Positions 10,529 to 19,843 of a stretch of 64,000 bases of DNA are shown one piece after another (the stretch's first letter is position 1; each line of letters starts with the position of its first letter). A program made the translations under genes and the position numbers. The stretch spans positions 2,208,001 through 2,272,000 of the forward strand of contig CAVTRN010000002.1 of assembly GCA_963737155.1 (NCBI GenBank), given 5' to 3'. This stretch comes from Nitrospirota bacterium (GTDB taxonomy: Bacteria > Nitrospirota > UBA9217). The notes below the pieces were generated by a model. That model had not been told where the DNA came from. It made no database searches and saw only the letters and a program-made list of their open reading frames with translations.

Positions 10529-11026
10529 TTAATGTGCGCAGTCGACAGATTTCTCCATAATAAAATCGTCCATGACAAAACCGCTTCCAATATCCTTTAT
10601 AATGGATCCCAAGTTTTTGAAACCCATCTTTTCATAAGCCTTAATAGAATCCAAATTATTCTTATTCACCGTAAGGGCAATCTTGGTCAATGCTCTTTTT
10701 TTTGCAAACGCTTCGACGAAGTGAACGGCTTTTCTCCCACACCCTCTCCTGCGCTTGGACAACTTTATGTAAATCTTGCTTAGAAATAATTCTCGCTCTT
10801 TTTGCTGTACAGCGATATACCCGACGAATTCATTATCTTCCTTTACCAAAAAATAGATCACACCAGACTCGATCTGCCCCAAGATGGCCTGTTTGGACTG
10901 GAACCGGCTGAGCATATATTCCATCTGCTCTTTACCGATAATGGGGATGTAATGTTCTGTCCAGATCTCTCTGGCCAATGACTCAACAAGTGTCAATTGA
11001 TTTTCAGTCGAGACAAGAAGAAACAT
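10529..11026 (-). CDS. GNAT family N-acetyltransferase
   Basis: LSKIY..RRRGCGR, LTVNKNN..SIKAYEKMGF, GFVMDD. Confidence 0.9.
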   Translation of the reverse strand: MFLLVSTENQLTLVESLAREIWTEHYIPIIGKEQMEYMLSRFQSKQAILGQIESGVIYFLVKEDNEFVGYIAVQQKERELFLSKIYIKLSKRRRGCGRKAVHFVEAFAKKRALTKIALTVNKNNLDSIKAYEKMGFKNLGSIIKDIGSGFVMDDFIMEKSVDCAH

Positions 11027-11697
11027 GCTAATCGATTGGATTTCCCGGTAACGGGTCCCCTTTTCCCTTCCGCCAAGCTCTCTTCAATTGGTACCGCGGT
11101 CAGTTATCGCACTTGCCATGCGCTGACGTTCAGTTCTTTTGAGAGATACCTGCGATTTTCGCTCATCTGCGCGATGATCCATGCCCAGGATTCTCCTAGA
11201 AAAGGAAGTCGGAGATTAAATGTGGTTGAGCCATGGCTGGTAATACACTCGATTTTGTCCCGTTTGATAAATTCAAATTCCGTGACAAGACAGACTGCAC
11301 AAGACAGCGAGTGTCGGGAAGCATATGGGAAACGTTTGCACCAAACACCCACCTGTTCATGGTCAAAACCCCGTTTTTTTCTAAGCTCGTAAGCGTGACG
11401 CATGACAAGAGCTAGGAGAGAATGTTTAAGAATACAACCAACCCCGTGTCTTCGTCAAGAGCATAAAAGCAAGCTGCTAGCCGCCTGCGGGTTTTTTAAT
11501 ACTGATCATAGTAGAGGAATGACTACTTTTTACGAAATAAATCTTCTTCTACCCTGCAAAGGTTACAACCAATACACTCCCTTCTGAAATCAATGTTTTC
11601 CCCAATTCCGACCTTATTCGCGGCCCGTACTTTCTTGACTGTATGCGCTCACTACTGTATTATTACTTACAGACTTTTTCTTCCCACAATACTACCG

Positions 11698-12090
11698 ATG
11701 AAAAAGAAATTTCAGGATCTCGAAGTTATAACCGTAAAGGACCTTCATCTTGCGCTCCTCCGCAACGACCCCGAGGAATTGCAGCTCATGTCCATCACTA
11801 TTGCGCTTTCGGACCTCGATTTCAACCTGATACAATCTGTCTGTATCCGGCTATGCTCCAGCGAGGACAGCAAGGTCCGCAGCAATGCGCTCGTTAGTTT
11901 TGGACATCTCGCCCGGCGATTCAGAACCCTGGATGAACGGTCCGTGAAACCGCTGCTGGAGTCTTCCCTTCGAGACCCCGACCAGTACGTTCGTCTCTAT
12001 GCTCAGATGGCCGCCGATGAGATTCATCAATTCCTCCACTGGGAAATCAAAGGACACTTCTACGGGACTGACTTGGCTTCCTTAGAATAA
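11698..12090 (+). CDS. small HEAT-repeat-like protein
   Basis: EDSKVRSNALVSFGHLARR and LRDPDQYVRLYAQMAADEI; start taken at MKKKFQD. Confidence 0.7.
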   Translation: MKKKFQDLEVITVKDLHLALLRNDPEELQLMSITIALSDLDFNLIQSVCIRLCSSEDSKVRSNALVSFGHLARRFRTLDERSVKPLLESSLRDPDQYVRLYAQMAADEIHQFLHWEIKGHFYGTDLASLE

Positions 12091-12114
12091 AATCTCTTCC
12101 TTATCCACTCAGTC

Positions 12115-12163
12115 TTGACAGCCAATAACGTTGACGGTATAGTAAGAACGAAAATAGTTTCGT
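12115..12163 (+). promoter_or_regulatory. sigma70 promoter with operator-like palindrome
   Basis: TTGACA(12115)-N17-TATAGT(12138), then ACGAAA-N4-TTTCGT at 12148-12163. Confidence 0.65.
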
Positions 12164-12331
12164 ATTGGCGATATTTGAAGACTTGCAATTATATCAACAA
12201 ACCGTTCTCGGCGTCATGCCCTTTTTCCGGAATCACACTTCAATTGCGTTTACAATAAAGGAGTCTCCCGGACGAGCGGAATGTCAATAAAAAAGCAGGA
12301 CTTATGATCACACCATGGAAAGGCCCAGTCT

Positions 12332-13006
12332 GTGTATTCCTCGATTACACTTCAAACATATCTTGAACGCTATGCCCTCGCGGCCCTAGAAAAACGCGAC
12401 AAATTGGACTTGCTGATCAGAGACCAGATGCACGAACTGGATAGCGCTGCGGGTATAATCCGGTTTAATGACCTTGAATTTCCCGTGCAGGTGTTAGGAA
12501 CAGAATCGGATAATACACTCACCTGGCTCTGGGCGTGGGCGGATGAGCAGACTGAAATTCCGACGGGCCTGATGCAATCGGCCATCCAGTTAAGAAGCTG
12601 GGGGGCAAATGAAGGGCTTGCTGAGTTCACCCTGCCGTCGCTGGACCTATCCAGGGCCGACGGCAACATTATCGCCATGATTAGTGCCGAGGTTTGCAAA
12701 GCCAGCTGTTATTACCGGGACAGCTATGAAGGCGGAGCGGTCCTTCTCCTGCTCTTTGACAAGCTCATAGACAACCAGCCTCCATTTGATCTCGCAAGAT
12801 TACTCCGATGTTCAATGGATCTTTTTTCGCAGTATGATCTTAACCATCGGATTGCGCTTCTCTCCTATTTCCGCTTGATAGGCCTGTCCCCGCTCGAAGA
12901 GAGAAACATGATGAGCTGCGAGCTAGCATCAGGGGAACGGCTAAGTATGGAATTCAATAACTCGGGACGGTTGGTCTTCATGAATGGAGCAGCGTTTGAT
13001 GGGTGA
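12332..13006 (+). CDS. DUF6882-like conserved protein
   Basis: VQVLGTES..TLTWLWAWA motif; coding-like composition. Confidence 0.65.
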   Translation: MYSSITLQTYLERYALAALEKRDKLDLLIRDQMHELDSAAGIIRFNDLEFPVQVLGTESDNTLTWLWAWADEQTEIPTGLMQSAIQLRSWGANEGLAEFTLPSLDLSRADGNIIAMISAEVCKASCYYRDSYEGGAVLLLLFDKLIDNQPPFDLARLLRCSMDLFSQYDLNHRIALLSYFRLIGLSPLEERNMMSCELASGERLSMEFNNSGRLVFMNGAAFDG

Positions 13007-13196
13007 TATCATAGTGCCGTTTCGCTCAGATCCTTTCGCGTGGTTAATAATAAAGTAATCATTCAAGCTGATTTAGTGTCATATAGCCGAATAGCGTACC
13101 GAAAAGATACAATTCCGGACAAACCGGAGCGACGTTAAAAACATAGAACACGGCTTTTGGGGTTATTGTTTTCCGTGTTAACAGAAGGAGTCCTGT

Positions 13197-13979
13197 ATGG
13201 GCTGGATTGATAAACTTGAAAGAAAACTCCGGCGGTTTGCCATTCCCAATGTGACGGTTTATCTGATTCTTGGACAGGTGTTGTTTTTTATTTTCGTCCT
13301 TTCCGGTAGATTCATCCTTGATCGCGTCGTGCTCATTCCCGACCGCGTTTTTGCTGGTGAATGGTGGAGGCTGATCACCTTCCTGTTTATCCCGCCGCTG
13401 ACAAACCCGATATTCGCCTTCTTTGCATGGTACCTTTTTTATCTCATGGGCAGCGCTCTAGAAGGGCACTGGGGGGCATTCCGGTATAATCTCTTCCTGC
13501 TCATCGGCTATATCGTTACCGTTGCAGTTACATTCCTTTTTCCCTATTCCTCTGCCACAAATATTTTCATAGGCGGTTCGGTGTTCCTAGCTTTCGCGTA
13601 CCTTTACCCGGATTTTCAGCTCTATATCTTTTTCATCATTCCCGTCAGGATCAAATGGCTGGCGCTGCTCACGTGGCTGGGATACGGCTATGAAATACTG
13701 GTCGGTTTCTGGAGCACTCGCCTGCTCGTGCTGGCATCCATAAGCAATTTCCTTCTGTTTTTCGGCAGAGATATCATCTGGAAAATGAAGACAGGCAATA
13801 GGAAAATGGTATTTCAGTCAAAGCAGTACACTACGTCAAAAGAACCCTTCCACAAATGCGCAGTTTGTGGCATCACCGACATATCGCACCCGCTGATGGA
13901 GTTCCGTTACTGCTCGGACTGTGGCGGACTGGGCTACTGCAAGGACCACATCTTCAACCATCCGCATGTAAAAAAGTAA
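13197..13979 (+). CDS. rhomboid/derlin-like membrane protein with C-terminal Cys/His zinc finger
   Basis: GEWWRLITFLF, several TM helices, HKCAVCG...FRYCSDC...YCKDH; AAGGAG RBS. Confidence 0.8.
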   Translation: MGWIDKLERKLRRFAIPNVTVYLILGQVLFFIFVLSGRFILDRVVLIPDRVFAGEWWRLITFLFIPPLTNPIFAFFAWYLFYLMGSALEGHWGAFRYNLFLLIGYIVTVAVTFLFPYSSATNIFIGGSVFLAFAYLYPDFQLYIFFIIPVRIKWLALLTWLGYGYEILVGFWSTRLLVLASISNFLLFFGRDIIWKMKTGNRKMVFQSKQYTTSKEPFHKCAVCGITDISHPLMEFRYCSDCGGLGYCKDHIFNHPHVKK

Positions 13980-14277
13980 GGTTCAATGTTGTTGGTATTT
14001 ATTCTGCCTGCCCGGGGCGGTTTGGCTGCTGGGCCGTAATGCAATAATCTCATTTTTTGTCCAAAATGAATACTTACAGCATATTTTGCACAGTAAAAAC
14101 ACACAATCATAAATTATTATTACGTCGGAACCAGTTCCAATCGTGTGCATGTCCAAAGAACGAGCACTTCACCACACATGTCCCTGGTCTTTTGGCGTAC
14201 GAAAAAACAGCGTGAGTGATTTAATGGGAGTTAAAAGATCCTTGATTTCCTGATCACTTCGTCTTAAGATAAATCAA

Positions 14278-14589
14278 ATGAGTTTCCCTGATCCAGTTGA
14301 ACTTCCCATTAACGGCATCCTTGACCTCCACACATTCCAGACTTCTGATGTAAAGGATCTATTGCCCTCTTATCTTAATGAATGCAGGCGCCGTGGAATT
14401 CATCAGGTACGCATTATTCATGGAAAAGGCAGTGGGACGCTACGGCATATAGTCAGATTAATTCTCGAAAAAATGCCTTATGTGATATCGTTTAGTACTG
14501 CGGAAGAGAATGCTGGAGGCTGGGGGGCTACGACTGTAATATTGCAGAGCATAACGGGAATAGACATGAAAAAGAAAGAGGCAAGGTGA
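14278..14589 (+). CDS. Smr/MutS-family small endonuclease domain protein
   Basis: LDLHTF, IIHGKGSGTLR, GGWGAT. Confidence 0.92.
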   Translation: MSFPDPVELPINGILDLHTFQTSDVKDLLPSYLNECRRRGIHQVRIIHGKGSGTLRHIVRLILEKMPYVISFSTAEENAGGWGATTVILQSITGIDMKKKEAR

Positions 14590-14603
14590 CCTTCCTTGCC
14601 TCT
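14577..14603. terminator. hairpin between the convergent smr and mltD-like genes
   Basis: Perfect 10-bp stem AGAGGCAAGG / CCTTGCCTCT. Confidence 0.55.
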
Positions 14604-14609
14604 CGATGA

Positions 14610-16097
14610 TTACGTAGTAGTTCTTTTCGGAATCTTCAGCCGCTGGCCAACCCTGAGTCTTTTCCCCGGCCGAAGTTTGTTAGCCTGCATAATTCTTTGT
14701 GCGCTCGTACGGTAGCGAAGCGCAATGCGCGTAAGTGTCTCTCCGCGCCGCACGCGATGCATTACATACTCCACCCTGGGCGGCGACCAAGTCGACATTC
14801 TTTCGATGTTCGCGAGCAGGAGATCTCCTTTTCCAGGAGGTAATCTCAGCGCGTAGACCGCATTCGGAGTGACGGCTTGGCGCAGTTCGGGATTCAATGC
14901 GACCAGGTCCTCCTGCTCGATGCTCAGTTTTTCTGCAATTGTCTTCAATAGAACAGGTTTGTCAATGGTTACTGTTTCACAAGTCTCAGGGCTGTCTATT
15001 TCGTCCAACTTAAAGCCATAGTGCGCGGGGTCTTTCAGAATCATCAGGACGGCGAGGAATCGCGGGAAATACCGCGCGGTTTCTTCCGGAAGGCGTTCGT
15101 AAAAGTCCCAGAAATTATCTAGATAATCTATTTTTTGATCCCTGATCACCCGGGCGACGTTACCCTCACCACAATTGTAGGCTGCGAGAACTGTGGCCCA
15201 GTCCCCGAACATAGAGTGCAATTCCTTGAAATAAGCTATCGCAGCGGCAGTCGACTTCGCTGGATCCAATCGTTCGTCGATCCATTCATTTCTTGTTAGT
15301 CCGTATTTATACCCTGTCGAGGGAATAAACTGCCACAGTCCAAGCGCCCTCGAGCGCGAAAGCGCCCGGACCTTGAATCCACTCTCAATAAGCGGCAGCC
15401 ACGAAAGTTCCTCGGGAATTCCGGCCTCCTTCAGCGCCTTGACTATTTCGGGGCGGTACTTTCCCGATCGTTTATAGGATGCTATAAAAAAGTCGCGTTC
15501 TATGGTCTGGAACGACTGTATTTCTCTTGTCACATGATTATTGATGGTCATCGGAATCGCCGTCGAAGTTCCCTTGACTGATATCTGACGGGCCGCATAC
15601 ATCTCCACGATGCGTTTGGATATCACGAACCGCAAATCTTCTTTTTGTTGTGCAAACCTCGGGTTGTCGGCTGGGACCTTCAGGATAAGAGCGTAGGCCT
15701 GATCAAGGGAATCCAGAGCTTGATCCATATTGCTTTTTCCCCAATACTCCTGTGCCGTCTCAGTCAAATCAAGAGCGGAGTCAAGCAGCGATTGTTCCAC
15801 GTCGCTATTGTCCTTGACAACAGTGGACGCATTATCGACCTGAGGCGACGAATCCTCTTCAGCAGGCGCCGTATCCGTATCCTCCGAATCAGGCTCGTCT
15901 TCGGCTATAATGGCGTGATCGGCTGGTGCTGAAACATTTATGGTTTGCTCAGGTGTGGTTTGCTTAGGAGGCGGCAATTGAGGTGAAACTACGCTGACTG
16001 GATCATTATGAGGAATCGAGGGATGAGTGCAACCGAAAAGAAGAAAGATGGGAAAGAGGGAAATGATGAACAAGTTTGCGAAAGGCGATAGTCTCAT
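14610..16097 (-). CDS. mltD: LysM-domain lytic transglycosylase lipoprotein (MltD-like)
   Basis: Lipobox LFGC, LPLIESGF, GLWQFIPST, LAAYNCGEG, C-terminal LysM. Confidence 0.9.
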   Translation of the reverse strand: MRLSPFANLFIISLFPIFLLFGCTHPSIPHNDPVSVVSPQLPPPKQTTPEQTINVSAPADHAIIAEDEPDSEDTDTAPAEEDSSPQVDNASTVVKDNSDVEQSLLDSALDLTETAQEYWGKSNMDQALDSLDQAYALILKVPADNPRFAQQKEDLRFVISKRIVEMYAARQISVKGTSTAIPMTINNHVTREIQSFQTIERDFFIASYKRSGKYRPEIVKALKEAGIPEELSWLPLIESGFKVRALSRSRALGLWQFIPSTGYKYGLTRNEWIDERLDPAKSTAAAIAYFKELHSMFGDWATVLAAYNCGEGNVARVIRDQKIDYLDNFWDFYERLPEETARYFPRFLAVLMILKDPAHYGFKLDEIDSPETCETVTIDKPVLLKTIAEKLSIEQEDLVALNPELRQAVTPNAVYALRLPPGKGDLLLANIERMSTWSPPRVEYVMHRVRRGETLTRIALRYRTSAQRIMQANKLRPGKRLRVGQRLKIPKRTTT

Positions 16098-16275
16098 AAT
16101 TAGCCCGATAATAAACTAACATTCATAAAATTGCAAATAAAAATTGACTTAAGGATTATTTTATCAAAAATCATCATACAGGATATCTGCTCCATTGTCA
16201 GGAACCACTCCTGGGAATCGGCATAGTCATCGATCCCGACAATAAGGTGTCCATAATTAAGAATCTTTGCTGACC

Positions 16276-16662
16276 CTACCCTTTCCAAGCAATAAAATCC
16301 ATTTCAATAGCCACATCCTTTGGAAGCCGAGAAACTTCAACAGTAGAACGCGCCGGAGGTTCATTCGGGAAATATTCTCCATAGATCTCGTTCACCGCAG
16401 CAAAATCAGCGATGCTTTTCAGATAAATCGTGGCTTTTGCAACTTTTGACAGGCTGCATCCCGCTGACTGCAGAATGGCTTTCGCATTATCCATGACTAG
16501 CTTTGTCTGAGTTTTGATATCACCTTGGAGGACATCACCGGTCTTAGGATTTATCGGTATCTGACCGGATAGAAATACGAAGCCACCAGCTTCTACCGCT
16601 TGGGAATAAGGACCAATAGCCTGAGGTGCGCCTGCTGTATTAATGATTTTTCTGCCCACCAT
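16276..16662 (-). CDS. ridA: RidA/YjgF family deaminase
   Basis: APQAIGPYSQA, PPARSTVEVSRLP. Confidence 0.93.
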   Translation of the reverse strand: MVGRKIINTAGAPQAIGPYSQAVEAGGFVFLSGQIPINPKTGDVLQGDIKTQTKLVMDNAKAILQSAGCSLSKVAKATIYLKSIADFAAVNEIYGEYFPNEPPARSTVEVSRLPKDVAIEMDFIAWKG

Positions 16663-16909
16663 TACCTCCAGTAATGTTTTATTTTATTAATGTAACATAT
16701 TGATATTAAAAAAATAATCATAATTAATGTAAACCTTAAGCATATACCCTCTAAGAAGTTATGTAGCCGACCTCTTGTTATGAAACATGCTTGATATCCT
16801 GACAAGTAATCTTATTTCAGAAAAGTAACCGTTAATTTTTGATCTGCGGCTTCCTATCAAGAAGAACCAATAATCCTTGCCCTACAAGCCCGTGGCTCTC
16901 TAAGAAGTA

Positions 16910-19057
16910 CTACCCTGTTTTCACTCTTTTCACGTTCAGGACTCCTTTTATTGATTCTATGTTTTTAATTATCTTATTCAGATGCTCCACGTCTTTGATA
17001 TCAATAGTAAAGTTAAGTGTAGCCTGGAGGGCCTCGCCGGTTATCACTTCAGCGTGTGTAATATTGGCCTCCGCAGCGCTGATCGACGAAGATACACTCG
17101 CCAACAGGCCCGGTTTGTCCTCAGTATGGACCGATATTTTTACGGCATGGGCGGCAGTCTGAAGATCGCCCCAAGTGACGTCTATCAGCCGATCCCGGTC
17201 AAAGGTCAGTTCTCCAACGTTCGGGCAGTCAGCCGTGTGAATCGATACGCCTCTTCCCCGGGTTATAAAGCCGATTACTTTATCACCTGGCACAGGATTG
17301 CAGCACTTGGACAGGTGGATTAACATGTTGTCCATGCCGCTGATCTTCATGCCTCCGCCCGACGGTTTTACGGTCTTCGGAGAAGCCTTTTTCGGCAAGG
17401 GTTCTATATGCGATTTGTCAGGCGCAATCTTGTTGGCTACCAGATGGGCGGAAATCTTGCCATATCCGATCGCGGCCAGCAAATCGTCGAGAGTGTTATG
17501 CGACATATCGTTCGCAATTTTCAGAATGTCTTCGGATTTGAAGACCTTGGAAGGACTAAGTTCATGTTTCCGGATGTCCTTTTCAAGGAGTTCCTTGCCG
17601 AGAAGGATGCTCCTTCTACGTTCTTCCGCCTTGAGCCATGCCTTGATCCTGGTCCTTGCTTTTGATGTTTTGACGAACTTGAGCCAGTCCCTGCTCGGCG
17701 TGTGGCCGGCCTGGGTGGTTATTTCTATCTTATCTCCGTTGTGCAGGATGTGCTTTAGCGGCACGATCCTGCCGTTTACCTTGGCGCCAATGCACTGATG
17801 CCCGATGTCAGTATGGACACTATAAGCGAAATCCACGGGTGTAGACCCCTGCGGGAGCTCCTTTACGTCGCCTCTTGGGGTGAATACGTAAACCACCTCA
17901 GGGAAAAGGTCTCCCTTTACTGTCTCCATGAACTCCTTGGCGTCAGGCAAGTCACGCTGCCATTCCAAAAGCTGCCTGAGCCAAGCGAACTGTTGCTCAT
18001 CCCGCTGGCTGATGGCAGAACGCTCCTTGTACCGCCAGTGCGCGGCAATGCCTTCTTCCGCGAGCCGGTGCATCTCTTCTGTGCGTATCTGGAACTCCAC
18101 ACGCTCACCCTTTGGGCCAATGACCGTAGTATGGAGCGATTGATAGAGGTTTGATTTGGGAACGCCGATGAAATCCTTAAAGCGCCCCGGCACCGGGGTC
18201 CAGAGAGAGTGAATGAGGCCGAGGATGGCGTAACAGTTCACCTTGGTATCGGTGACGATGCGAATAGCGATAAGATCGTAAACATCCTCAAAGGCGATCC
18301 CCTGCTTCTGCATTTTCTGCCAGATACCGTAAAAGTGCTTCGGCCGGCCCTTGACCTCGCCTTTGTACCCATGCTCCGCAAGCTGCCGCTTCATGATCTC
18401 AATGAGCTCATTGATATACGACTCCCGTTCGATACGGCGCTGCATGACTTTTTCGGATAACTCAAGGTAGGCCTCGGGATTGAGGTACATGAAGGCAAGA
18501 TCTTCCAGTTCTATCTTTATCTTGGATATGCCGAGCCGGTTGGCAAGGGGCGCGTAGATATCGAGCGTTTCTTGTGCGATGCGCTTTTGCTTGTCCGGGG
18601 ACAGGGACTTGAGGGTCCTCATGTTGTGAAGGCGGTCCGCAAGTTTGATAAGAATGACTCTGATGTCTTTGGCCATGGCCACGATCATCTTTCGGAAATT
18701 ATCGGCCTCTCGCTGCTCCCTGCTCTGGAGCTCCATGCGTGACAGTTTGGTCATCCCCTCCACGAGCATGGCAACCTCATCTCCAAACATGGCTTTGATC
18801 TCTTCCGATTTAGCGGTCGTGTCCTCGATGGTGTCATGCAACAGGCCCGCGGCCACAGTGGCCGCATCTAGCTTGAGGTTTGCCAGGATGGCGGCAACCT
18901 CGATGGGATGGATCAAATAGGATTCCCCTGACAGACGCGTCTGTCCTTGGTGCGCCCTGGCGGAAAAGATATAGGCCCTCCGCAACATATCGACATCCGC
19001 GTCGGGATTATAGCCCTGGATCCGTTCAACAATATCTTCGAGACGAACTGCAGGCAT
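16910..19057 (-). CDS. relA: bifunctional (p)ppGpp synthase/hydrolase
   Basis: HDTIED hydrolase motif, KLADRLHNMRT, YQSLHTT, EFQIRT, TGS and ACT domains; start at MPAVR with GAGGTG RBS. Confidence 0.96.
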   Translation of the reverse strand: MPAVRLEDIVERIQGYNPDADVDMLRRAYIFSARAHQGQTRLSGESYLIHPIEVAAILANLKLDAATVAAGLLHDTIEDTTAKSEEIKAMFGDEVAMLVEGMTKLSRMELQSREQREADNFRKMIVAMAKDIRVILIKLADRLHNMRTLKSLSPDKQKRIAQETLDIYAPLANRLGISKIKIELEDLAFMYLNPEAYLELSEKVMQRRIERESYINELIEIMKRQLAEHGYKGEVKGRPKHFYGIWQKMQKQGIAFEDVYDLIAIRIVTDTKVNCYAILGLIHSLWTPVPGRFKDFIGVPKSNLYQSLHTTVIGPKGERVEFQIRTEEMHRLAEEGIAAHWRYKERSAISQRDEQQFAWLRQLLEWQRDLPDAKEFMETVKGDLFPEVVYVFTPRGDVKELPQGSTPVDFAYSVHTDIGHQCIGAKVNGRIVPLKHILHNGDKIEITTQAGHTPSRDWLKFVKTSKARTRIKAWLKAEERRRSILLGKELLEKDIRKHELSPSKVFKSEDILKIANDMSHNTLDDLLAAIGYGKISAHLVANKIAPDKSHIEPLPKKASPKTVKPSGGGMKISGMDNMLIHLSKCCNPVPGDKVIGFITRGRGVSIHTADCPNVGELTFDRDRLIDVTWGDLQTAAHAVKISVHTEDKPGLLASVSSSISAAEANITHAEVITGEALQATLNFTIDIKDVEHLNKIIKNIESIKGVLNVKRVKTG

Positions 19058-19133
19058 TGATGCCACCTCATGATGCAGTTATCAACGCCGGGATCCTTCC
19101 CGACCCCGGCATAGGGAAACAGATGATTAGAAG

Positions 19134-19806
19134 TTGATAACCTCCCGGCCTAAAGGCCGAGGATTCCCGAATCAGGGCCCTGTCGCTGCTGTGAGCCACT
19201 GCAAATTCTGTTCGCAGATGCGGCAGAGATATTTGTGCTACGTCCCCCGTTTATGGGCTGATATGGCTGGCCTGGACTTTCTCCAGGCAAACCAGTTGAC
19301 TGCAGGCTGTACTAAAACAGCCACTGCATCAGAAGACATATATTTGCCCCCAGGAGATACCTTTTTGAGTATATTGATTGCACCGTTCACGTCGGCATTT
19401 ATTACAGCCCCGCATTGTTTACAGATATAGAGCCCGCGATACACACGGCCAGTGGGGTGCGCTTGCTTCATAGCGACATCAAGGTCCGCATAACTGGGTA
19501 TCCTGCCGGTGGTTTTCCAGGCTTCTTTGGCGTGCCACGCGGTGTGTTCCCAAGCTTCGTTGCAGAAAAACAAAGCAAACTCGTCACAAGGACGGTGCTT
19601 TCATCGATTACTAATGGCTCTTCCGACGGCAGTCATTGTTTGCAAATGGGACTCTCCCGTAGGCTCAACCATACATCGTTAACCATATCATACAGGTGGA
19701 CATTTATCAACGCAACGCCAAAACGGAAAGCTACATATCTGGATGCTTGGCAACCAGCGCCTTATATGCCCGATCTGAAAAGATGGTTTTACGGCACGGA
19801 TACTAA
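19134..19806 (-). mobile_element. internally deleted IS605-group element (left end, tnpB remnant, right end/omega-RNA)
   Basis: Right end (minus) GGAATCCTCGGCCTTTAGGCCGGGAGGTTATCAA; left-end-like GCGCCTTATATGCCC..GGTTTTACGGCAC at 19757-19797. Confidence 0.85.
19238..19620 (-). pseudogene. tnpB: tnpB remnant: N-terminal piece joined to zinc ribbon/RuvC-III
   Basis: LCFSATKL.N / WKTTGRIPSYADL joined directly to RVYRGLYICKQCGAVINADVNGAINILKK. Confidence 0.85.
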
Positions 19807-19843
19807 GAACACTATGCCAGACTGCGATAGCTCAGCATTGACA

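Noticed and set aside
11104-11403. 99-aa minus-strand ORF upstream of the GNAT gene
   Set aside because: No RBS or recognisable motif; cannot be supported.
11437-11500. Possible further IS200/605 end (AACCCCGTGTC...GCAAGCTGC..CTGCGGG)
   Set aside because: Too degenerate; no convincing hairpin.
12213-12285. Degenerate REP-like pair GTCATGCCC..GGAATC / CCCGGACGAGCGGAATGTC
   Set aside because: Many mismatches and no clear second copy in the window.
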